IMG/VR virus record: IMGVR_UViG_2534682222_000016
From: a virus
Taxonomy: Duplodnaviria; Heunggongvirae; Uroviricota; Caudoviricetes
Strand: one strand, 5' to 3'
DNA length: 6,700 bases
In this document: positions 1 through 5,993 of the stretch, piece after piece
How the letters are laid out: every line of letters begins with the position of its first letter
How positions within the stretch are numbered: the first letter of the stretch is position 1
The notes under the pieces: generated by a model
Told to the model about the DNA's origin: nothing
The model's input: the letters and a program-made list of their open reading frames with translations, nothing else
Database searches by the model: none
Program-made: the position numbers and the translations under genes

Positions 1-19
1 CTATTTGATAAATATTAAA

Positions 20-1315
20 TTAATTTTTCATTGCTTCGTTATGGGGCATGGTTGGGGCAAACTCGCTTAACTGTGTATTTAACAAAGCTACCTGTGCATT
101 ATTGTTTTCAGACATCCATTTTCCGTATACCTGAAATACCATTTGCGCATCTGCATGGCCCATCTGGTTTGCTATAAATGCCGGGTTAGCACCAGCTGTC
201 AGCGACCAGCAGGCATAAGTATGTCTCGACTGATATGATTTTCGATGGCGGAGTCCGGCACGTTTTATCGCTGCGTCCCACATCTGCCTTATTGAGTCAA
301 CGGTAAAATGGTCACCATAATTTTTTACTCTCGCTGACACTTCAGGTTGAAAAACAAAGGTGCATTTTTGTTTTTCTGTTCTGCCATACTCTCTGAGGTG
401 AACATCAATGATATGCTCTTTGCTCAGTCTCGTTAATGTCATCTGGCTCCGGAGAGCGTCGATTGCTGGCTTAATAAGATGAATGACCCGATTGGTTCCC
501 GCCTGTGTTTTTGGTACCGTGAAACGGTCTTTTGCTAAATTTCTCCTGATCATCATTGTTCCATTTTTCAGATCTATGTCCTCCCATCCAAGTGCACACA
601 GCTCACCAGGGCGAACGCCAGTATAAACAGAAACACACCATAAATTTTTTGCTTGCTGATTTCTGCACGCATCGATAAGACGGATAAATTCCTCCCGCGA
701 AAGAGGATCCGGAATGGTTCTTGATTCCTTTAATGGCGAGATCCCCTTAAGCGGATTATCTGGCAGGTAACCGTTATCAACACCAAACTGGAACACGGCG
801 TTAAGATTTGTCATGTAATTATTTACAGTTACAGCCGATCGCCCTGGTTGTGTAACAATATAGTTACTTTTGGGGATCTGGTATCCAGTCAGTAGCTCTT
901 TACGAACCTCCAGTAATTTTTCTTTATTAATCGATGAGGCAAGATTTTTTTCACCGATTATGCTCAGGATATTTTTGATGACGGCACGGTATGTGTTGAG
1001 TGATGTTTTGGCGACTTCAGTTTCTTTCAGTGCCAGAAATTTTTCAGCCAGTTCTTTTATGGTTAAATCTTGTCGGGCCTCACCAAATTTTTCCAGATTG
1101 CGTGAGGAGGGAAACTGTTTTGCATAGTCGAAAACACCAGTTTTTATTGCGTAACAAACAGAGGAGCGTAGTTCACCTGCAACGCGCCTGTTTTTTGCTG
1201 TGTCAGGAACCCCCAGATTTTCCCTGACTCTTACGCCTTTATAAACAAACCAGATACGTAATTTCCCTCCATGGTTTTCCACGCCTGTCGGATATTTCAT
1301 TTCAACTTCTCTCAT
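20..1315 (-). CDS. int: Phage-type tyrosine integrase (site-specific recombinase), 431 aa
   Basis: Long minus-strand ORF from the track. The C-terminal part contains tyrosine-recombinase catalytic-type residues (Arg in TGVRPGE, RHRKSYQSRHTYA, GHADAQMVFQVYGKW with the putative Tyr nucleophile). It sits at the prophage end, next to an excisionase-like gene. An alternative start is Met6 at 1300. Confidence 0.9.
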   Translation of the reverse strand: MREVEMKYPTGVENHGGKLRIWFVYKGVRVRENLGVPDTAKNRRVAGELRSSVCYAIKTGVFDYAKQFPSSRNLEKFGEARQDLTIKELAEKFLALKETEVAKTSLNTYRAVIKNILSIIGEKNLASSINKEKLLEVRKELLTGYQIPKSNYIVTQPGRSAVTVNNYMTNLNAVFQFGVDNGYLPDNPLKGISPLKESRTIPDPLSREEFIRLIDACRNQQAKNLWCVSVYTGVRPGELCALGWEDIDLKNGTMMIRRNLAKDRFTVPKTQAGTNRVIHLIKPAIDALRSQMTLTRLSKEHIIDVHLREYGRTEKQKCTFVFQPEVSARVKNYGDHFTVDSIRQMWDAAIKRAGLRHRKSYQSRHTYACWSLTAGANPAFIANQMGHADAQMVFQVYGKWMSENNNAQVALLNTQLSEFAPTMPHNEAMKN

Positions 1316-1334
1316 TAGTTAGTGTGGCTTTTAG

Positions 1335-1586
1335 TCAAGTAAGATGACGTCTTGGTCTCGCTGATGCCTGGCGCTCAATCCAGCGATCAATTTCTTCCAG
1401 GTTGTAAAAGCATGGACTGTTATCCCATGGCATACCGTCATGAGCGACATGCTTATATTCCCTTCCTTCCATAAACGATTTTTCCCGGGCCTTTTTTAAC
1501 GTACCTTTTTTTATTCCTTTCAGCGCAATTAACTGCTCTTCGGATACCCATTTGCCGGGAGAGACAATCATGATTACTTCGCTCAT
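1335..1586 (-). CDS. xis: Excisionase-like small DNA-binding protein (Xis), 83 aa
   Basis: An 83-aa basic ORF immediately upstream of int on the same strand, 19-bp gap. Purine-rich stretch (AAGAGATAAAGAAA) upstream of the ATG. Position and size fit a lambdoid Xis; the family assignment is by position and composition. Confidence 0.7.
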   Translation of the reverse strand: MSEVIMIVSPGKWVSEEQLIALKGIKKGTLKKAREKSFMEGREYKHVAHDGMPWDNSPCFYNLEEIDRWIERQASARPRRHLT

Positions 1587-1615
1587 CGATTTCTTTATCT
1601 CTTACATCAGACGAG

Positions 1616-1647
1616 CGCCGGTTGCAGAATACCAGTCACAACCGGCG
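1616..1647. repeat. Perfect 9-bp inverted repeat (CGCCGGTTG / CAACCGGCG) with 14-nt loop, in the exo-xis intergenic region
   Basis: Read directly: left arm 1616..1624, right arm 1639..1647, exact reverse complements. Lies 12 nt downstream of the exonuclease stop codon on the minus-strand transcript. No U-tract follows, so it is not a classical intrinsic terminator. Confidence 0.6.
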
Positions 1648-1658
1648 ACAGTTGAACA

Positions 1659-4130
1659 TTAAGAATCAGCCTGACTCGGGATCAGTTTTTGCCAGATAAC
1701 TGAAACGTATTTTGCCTGGTAACGGGCGTCATCAAGTGCATTATGGCGCTCACCTTCGAATGGAATAGCCGTTCTGGCATCGAAGTCTATGGCTTTCCCC
1801 AGCTCAACGATTGTGCGTACATCGCGATCGTTGTAGTAACGCCACGGGCAGGGGATCCCCTGCCGTTCGTATGAACGGCGCAAAATCGTGTTGTCGAAGT
1901 TGGCTCCATTTCCCCAAACCTGAACAAAAAATTCACCGGAGTTTTCGTCGATAAATTCCCGCAATTGTAACAGTGCATCATCTAACGGGATTTCATCGGT
2001 CATAATGGCAGATTGCGCTTCGCGTGATTGCTTAAGCCACCATTTAATGGTGTTCCGATCAATGACTCCGCCAGCAGTTTCCAGATCGATAGTCTTACTA
2101 AATTCCGGTCCCATATCTCCGGTTTGCGGATCGAAAAATATTGCACCTATTGAGATGATCGGGGCATCAGGATTTTTTCCCATGGTTTCAAGGTCGATCA
2201 TTAGATGGTCACACGTCCTGCTGGTGGATGTGATTTCGTGATGACCGTTCACCTTAATTGAGTGATCTGCCGTCTCGCCAGTTTCATTATCGCTATTGTG
2301 ATGCTGATTGCCGCCAGTGTTCTCCTTGTGTGGATGTTCAGCGCCTTCCATTTCCTCCGGATCATCTTCCTGAACTTCAACCTGATATTCTTCATCGAAT
2401 GTTTCTTGATATGTTGCGTCGCCCATCACCGCGCCACAATCAGGGCAGTTGCCGCCGCCGGTCTGACCGCAGGCGGTGCAGACTTTTTCCACTTCCTGTT
2501 GCGCCACTGGTTCAGGCTGTTTCGTTTCTGGCTCGTTTTGTAACGCATTTGTGCTGTTTTGTTCCGCTTTTTGGTAGTTCCGTTCCGATTCATGCTGGTT
2601 CTGGTTCACAGAATCGCGGGTCTGGATCCCCTTAACCCATTTCGGATCATTCGGGTCACTAATCCCTTCAACAAATTCACCACGTGATGCAGCAAGCAAC
2701 TTATCGGCGTCAGGCTGGCTGATATTGGCTGCCTGCATAATTTTGTTTACTTCGTCAGCGGTAACTTTTATCGGCTCTGGTTGTTCTGAATCTTCAGCGG
2801 TATCTACATTTTGCGGTAAGCCCGTGTATGTGCCATTTTTTCGGGCAAAATATTCTTCTTTTGTGATTTCAGTGGCGCCAGCAGCCAGTGCCTTATCCAG
2901 ACCAGAAAGTTTGTTTGCGCGACCGTATTTTTCTCCGTCCTTATCTGCGAAGAGGAAATAGAACGGCCCCTCACGCTCTACAGATGGTTCAGCTTCCGGC
3001 GCGGTTTCATTTTTTGGGATATCAGATACCTCAGTTTCCACTGCATCAGTTTGTGTTTCTGATGACTGGAGAACATCAACAGTGCCCAGGTCTGTTTCTT
3101 CATTCTCAAACACGCCCTTTGTCGTCAGGTATTCGCAGATATATTTGTTCAGTGCTATGGGATCTTTGTGAATGTCGATCGGACGCTCACGGACAAGGCC
3201 AAAAATAGTCTGGCGGTCGTAGCGAAGGGCATCAGGCTGTTTGCGCATTGATGCCGAGATACGCTTCCAGTCTTCGCGGTCGTTGTCGATAACTTCTTTT
3301 TTTGCCCAGCGATGGATGCTGCCGTCAATGTTTCCGGCATCCACATCACTAGGCCAGAGAGCGTAGGCCAGTTCGTCATCCAGTGTTTTCCATGTCTGCT
3401 TGTATTCGCGATGAATGGCAGCAATGACCGGGCTGATTTTTCCTGTTGAATTTTCAGTGTACTGTTGATTGGCTCTGGCGCGGGCGAGATCAACAACAGA
3501 CGTGTATTTTCCGGTTTCCTTGCGTTCACCTTCGCGACGTTTTTTCCAGATGCGCATCTCTGCCTGAATTTCGGGCCATTTAGCACCAGGAATACATTTA
3601 TGCTTAACCCACCCAATGGCGTGCAACTTAAGCTCCGGATACATGGCGTTAACTTCTGGCATTTTCATCAACGCTTCAACGATATGTCCGTCGAATGTTG
3701 CCATGTCTTCCTGCAACAATTCCTGTGCGCTAATAACCATATCAACGGTGATGTTTTCACATGTGTCGAACTTAACCATGACAGCGTTCTGTACTTCAGG
3801 GGCCAGCTTGTCAAAAGTGACGTTCATCGGATCGGATTCAGTCTCAACCGGGACAAAAGAAGCAGACTCCTCATCCCAGCGGTTTTCCTGCATATATTCA
3901 GCATCCCATGAATCGAGGGCAGGGCGGGGTATGCCAGGTTTATCCTCGCAGACAATAAATTTATAAGCGCAGTCCTGAGCAGCCGGATAATGTTCCAGGA
4001 ACTGCCAGTGAAATTTTGCTCGAGCACGGCGTTCGTCGCCAGCTTCAATGGCTGTGGCTACAGCCACAGCGCCTTCTTCCCTTGTTGCCAGTTCGTCAGG
4101 AATAGCGGCGCAAATAAAGACTTTACTCAT
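1659..4130 (-). CDS. Prophage exonuclease-like protein, 823 aa (often annotated exodeoxyribonuclease VIII/RecE-like; N-terminus YdfE-like), with C-terminal DEDDh 3'-5' exonuclease domain
   Basis: Single uninterrupted 823-aa ORF. C-terminal residues about 640-815 (nt about 1686..2213) carry the DnaQ-like motifs: Exo I MIDLETMG, Exo II WGNGANFD, Exo III HNALDDARYQ. Residues 551-565 (nt 2436..2480) form a CxxC-x7-CxxC zinc ribbon (CTACGQTGGGNCPDC). Residues about 340-640 are strongly acidic and low-complexity. Confidence 0.85.
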   Translation of the reverse strand: MSKVFICAAIPDELATREEGAVAVATAIEAGDERRARAKFHWQFLEHYPAAQDCAYKFIVCEDKPGIPRPALDSWDAEYMQENRWDEESASFVPVETESDPMNVTFDKLAPEVQNAVMVKFDTCENITVDMVISAQELLQEDMATFDGHIVEALMKMPEVNAMYPELKLHAIGWVKHKCIPGAKWPEIQAEMRIWKKRREGERKETGKYTSVVDLARARANQQYTENSTGKISPVIAAIHREYKQTWKTLDDELAYALWPSDVDAGNIDGSIHRWAKKEVIDNDREDWKRISASMRKQPDALRYDRQTIFGLVRERPIDIHKDPIALNKYICEYLTTKGVFENEETDLGTVDVLQSSETQTDAVETEVSDIPKNETAPEAEPSVEREGPFYFLFADKDGEKYGRANKLSGLDKALAAGATEITKEEYFARKNGTYTGLPQNVDTAEDSEQPEPIKVTADEVNKIMQAANISQPDADKLLAASRGEFVEGISDPNDPKWVKGIQTRDSVNQNQHESERNYQKAEQNSTNALQNEPETKQPEPVAQQEVEKVCTACGQTGGGNCPDCGAVMGDATYQETFDEEYQVEVQEDDPEEMEGAEHPHKENTGGNQHHNSDNETGETADHSIKVNGHHEITSTSRTCDHLMIDLETMGKNPDAPIISIGAIFFDPQTGDMGPEFSKTIDLETAGGVIDRNTIKWWLKQSREAQSAIMTDEIPLDDALLQLREFIDENSGEFFVQVWGNGANFDNTILRRSYERQGIPCPWRYYNDRDVRTIVELGKAIDFDARTAIPFEGERHNALDDARYQAKYVSVIWQKLIPSQADS

Positions 4131-4223
4131 TTTGTTTTAACCTCATGACAGATTTAAGGATGAACAAATCCCTGCCATTGCTGGCATATAAGAATGAAAC
4201 CGGATATTTATTACGGAACTGTT

Positions 4224-4415
4224 TTAAAGACCTGCCGGGATTTCGATATTATCCTGGTGAATAACTTTATCGACCGGGTAACAGTTACCGGGAATTTTCT
4301 GTTCGGTTGCTGCAGTCATACACTCCTGCATTGTCCTGTGAACACTGACTGCAATATCAACTGGCTCTCCGGAAACAAGAAAAACTGTCAGAACAAGCGC
4401 AAATGCTGAATTCAT
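4224..4415 (-). CDS. ydfD: YdfD-like small membrane/lysis protein, 63 aa
   Basis: Start chosen at the internal Met (MNSAFALVLTVFLVSG...), giving 63 aa with a hydrophobic N-terminal segment. Its ATG overlaps the dicB stop as ATGA (4412..4415), indicating translational coupling. Position directly downstream of dicB matches Qin ydfD; identity is by position, size and recall. Confidence 0.65.
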   Translation of the reverse strand: MNSAFALVLTVFLVSGEPVDIAVSVHRTMQECMTAATEQKIPGNCYPVDKVIHQDNIEIPAGL

Positions 4416-4600
4416 TGTGCACATCCTTTTGGCATCAGACGTAAACGAGCCAGCATTGAAACAATGCATATTTTATTTAATAGCTCCCGTTCTTGTTTTC
4501 TCTTGTTAATGGCATCTTCAGTAAATACAGGGTTACTGATAGTGACACCAATTTCAAAACAACCTTCAGACGTATTAACGTTTGGTAATAACGTTTTCAT
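4412..4600 (-). CDS. dicB: DicB cell-division inhibitor (MinC-dependent), 62 aa
   Basis: Internal start giving MKTLLPNVNTSEGCFEIGVTISNPVFTEDAINKRKQERELLNKICIVSMLARLRLMPKGCAQ, which I recognise as DicB. GAGGA lies 7 nt upstream of the ATG. Located immediately downstream of DicF as in the Qin dicB operon. Confidence 0.8.
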   Translation of the reverse strand: MKTLLPNVNTSEGCFEIGVTISNPVFTEDAINKRKQERELLNKICIVSMLARLRLMPKGCAQ

Positions 4601-4769
4601 TATCGCGTCCTCAACAATGAATTTTGTGATGCAGTGCCTGGTGCCTCCAGGTGACGTTAACCAGTTAACAATTAACGCCGGATACAGAGAATCCACCCAT
4701 AACACTGTTTTTGGTTTTAACTGTTCCGCGTGCGCTTAGCCGCATTCACCGCATCACAAAATTCACTTT

Positions 4770-4813
4770 AAAAACGGCGGCAGAGCAGTCACGGAGTAAA
4801 ACTGATACCGCCA
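4770..4813 (-). terminator. Intrinsic-terminator-like hairpin plus U-tract forming the DicF 3' end
   Basis: On the minus strand, GGCGG...(nested CAGU/ACUG)...GCCGCCG is followed by UUUUU (plus-strand AAAAA at 4770..4774). dicB follows downstream, so termination must be partial. Confidence 0.55.
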
Positions 4814-4827
4814 AACGTCACCAGAAA
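4772..4827 (-). ncRNA. dicF: DicF small regulatory RNA (Hfq-dependent antisense sRNA targeting ftsZ and other mRNAs)
   Basis: Reverse complement of 4775..4827 reads TTTCTGGTGACGTTTGGCGGTATCAGTTTTACTCCGTGACTGCTCTGCCGCCG followed by TTTTT. This matches the 53-nt DicF sequence as I remember it, and it sits between the ydfA-side genes and dicB. Confidence 0.85.
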
Positions 4828-5102
4828 ATTGATAACAGAGGGCGTTGCAGCGGGGTTGTCACTTAAGCGTATGGTCAACCTGACAACTCGGTGTCCTCAA
4901 CGGGGAAGGAATAACCCCGCCATACTTACCGCCGCGCCATTTCGCGGGTTGCCACAACCGGAAGCGCACGGTCGAATTAAATTTAACGACACCGTACAGT
5001 GAGACGAACTTCGCCGTGCGCTTTCGTGTTGTGTGCCTGCTTTTAACCACGTCAGGCGAGGTGGTATCCTTCTTATTCCGAATAACCAAGAAGGAAATCT
5101 AT

Positions 5103-5303
5103 ATGACTAAAGAAGAATTTGTCTCTTATATTTTTGATAAAACGGTTGAAATGTATGCCGCTACTTACGGGTCCTGTAATCCTCTGAATAAACCAGAGGG
5201 GAAAGATGATTTCGACAAAATTTACCGCTTCTTGGAGGACCGCTATATCAAAAGGTTAGAGGACGCAGGGATCAAATCCCCAGTGAAGTCACCATTGTCC
5301 TGA
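5103..5303 (+). CDS. Candidate small protein (66 aa), function unknown, antisense to the dicB-operon transcript
   Basis: ATG at 5103 is preceded by AAGGA (5091..5095) at 7-nt spacing. The ORF encodes a charged, helix-like sequence (MTKEEFVSYIFDKTVEMYAATYG...). Its 3' end overlaps the 3' end of the convergent 121-aa ORF by 32 nt. No homolog recognised; it may be a chance ORF. Confidence 0.35.
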   Translation: MTKEEFVSYIFDKTVEMYAATYGSCNPLNKPEGKDDFDKIYRFLEDRYIKRLEDAGIKSPVKSPLS

Positions 5304-5637
5304 GAACTTGCAGGACGTCATGATCGTAACTTCCATCCAAACCGCGACGGCAAATTGCTTCTCGTATTACCGGAAGCAGTTCGCTGGAAATCTCGGTGCA
5401 TATTTCACCTGCTAATACGCCTGGCTCAAGTGAGAATATTGGTGAACTTACGGTCTTGGTCTCGACAGTTTCAGAGTCAGTGCCAACATTATAAAGCTCA
5501 ACGAAAGCGGTCTTGATTTTCCGGGCCAGATCTTTTGCTGGCTCGCTTGCAATATCTTTCCCGATTTCTCGCAGCACAGAATGCAATGTATGAGCTGCTG
5601 TTTTCTGTACATCAGACGGTAAATCTTTAAATTCCAT
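5272..5637 (-). CDS. Hypothetical protein, 121 aa (position corresponds to ydfB/ydfC of Qin)
   Basis: Minus-strand ORF with codon composition typical of coding sequence. GAGG lies 6 nt upstream of the ATG at 5637. An alternative start at 5649 overlaps the ydfA stop as TGATG. Family assignment is by position only. Confidence 0.6.
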   Translation of the reverse strand: MEFKDLPSDVQKTAAHTLHSVLREIGKDIASEPAKDLARKIKTAFVELYNVGTDSETVETKTVSSPIFSLEPGVLAGEICTEISSELLPVIREAICRRGLDGSYDHDVLQVLRTMVTSLGI

Positions 5638-5648
5638 CGTCAGCCTCA

Positions 5649-5801
5649 TCAGTCAGTGTTTCTGGCTAACCAGCAACGCGCGCCAGATTCGGTTTTAAAC
5701 GTTTTGCTTTTGGTATATGTCATCGCGGTGAACGTACCGTCCTGGTTGGGGAACACGCCACATACCAGAGATTCGCTGTTGCCAAGATCGATAGTATCCA
5801 T
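5649..5801 (-). CDS. ydfA: YdfA-like small protein, 50 aa
   Basis: Internal ATG at 5801 with GAGG 5 nt upstream gives MDTIDLGNSESLVCGVFPNQDGTFTAMTYTKSKTFKTESGARCWLARNTD. The longer track ORF (start 5957) would contain the predicted promoter -35/-10 and operator, so the short form is preferred. First gene after the leftward promoter, as ydfA is in Qin. Confidence 0.65.
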   Translation of the reverse strand: MDTIDLGNSESLVCGVFPNQDGTFTAMTYTKSKTFKTESGARCWLARNTD

Positions 5802-5877
5802 GCTGACCTCATTTCCCCTTAACGCCGGGGTAGCGGAACTGTTTGCTGAGAACACCGTGCGGTGTGTTGATGGAGGT

Positions 5878-5960
5878 AATTTAGATTTCTCATTATTTTT
5901 CGTCAAGGTTTTTTGATGAGAAAACTCAAGTATTGGCGCAAGATAAAGCCAATACATTGA
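5878..5960. promoter_or_regulatory. Leftward early promoter (dicBp-like) with operator-like motif and adjacent inverted repeat
   Basis: On the minus strand: -35 TTGACG (plus 5901..5906), 17-nt spacer, -10 TAAATT (plus 5878..5883). Just upstream lies ATGAGAAAACTCAAGTATTGG (5916..5936), sharing a roughly 20-nt motif with the dicA/dicC intergenic region. It overlaps a perfect 8-bp inverted repeat GTATTGGC (5930..5937) / GCCAATAC (5948..5955), which could also act as a terminator-like hairpin after dicA. Confidence 0.5.
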
Positions 5961-5993
5961 AATGTAAGGCTTTAAAATTTTGTGAAGGGATGA

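Noticed and set aside
870-1227. Plus-strand ORFs 870..1127 and 1000..1227 antisense to the integrase
   Set aside because: Embedded antisense to a well-supported integrase ORF, with no RBS and non-protein-like composition.
1787-4048. Multiple track ORFs of 64-153 aa inside or antisense to the 823-aa exonuclease gene (for example 3155..3616 minus, 2258..2635 plus, 3465..3911 plus, 3616..3966 plus)
   Set aside because: All are fully embedded in the long uninterrupted ORF in other frames or on the other strand. Their translations are low-complexity, Cys/Ser/Arg-rich and lack ribosome-binding sites, so they are most likely frame artefacts.
1659-4130. 823-aa protein as a novel anti-phage defence nuclease
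   Set aside because: It sits in the canonical recombination/exonuclease slot of a lambdoid prophage next to xis-int, and its N-terminus resembles the known YdfE-type prophage protein. The prophage-exonuclease interpretation is more parsimonious, though the annotation as RecE is questionable.
4194-4739. Plus-strand ORFs 4194..4409 and 4464..4739 antisense to ydfD and dicB
   Set aside because: Antisense to recognised genes, with no RBS and Cys-rich unnatural composition.
4859-5089. 76-aa minus-strand ORF in the DicF leader
   Set aside because: It begins at a TTG with no Shine-Dalgarno sequence, is extremely basic and low-complexity, and coincides with the hairpin-dense region. It is better explained as structured precursor RNA.
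5103-5649. Convergent overlapping pair (66-aa plus ORF and 121-aa minus ORF) as a toxin-antitoxin module
   Set aside because: Considered because of the convergent 32-nt overlap, but neither protein shows recognisable toxin or antitoxin features and the arrangement is not an operon. Kept only as an antisense-ORF candidate.
5656-5916. Plus-strand 86-aa ORF antisense to the ydfA-like gene
   Set aside because: No RBS, hydrophobic low-complexity translation, and overlaps the better-supported minus-strand gene and promoter.
5649-5957. Long 102-aa version of the ydfA-like ORF starting at 5957
   Set aside because: The N-terminal extension would contain the predicted -35/-10 promoter and operator motif and has no RBS. 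The internal ATG at 5801 has GAGG at ideal spacing and gives a roughly 50-aa product of the expected size.
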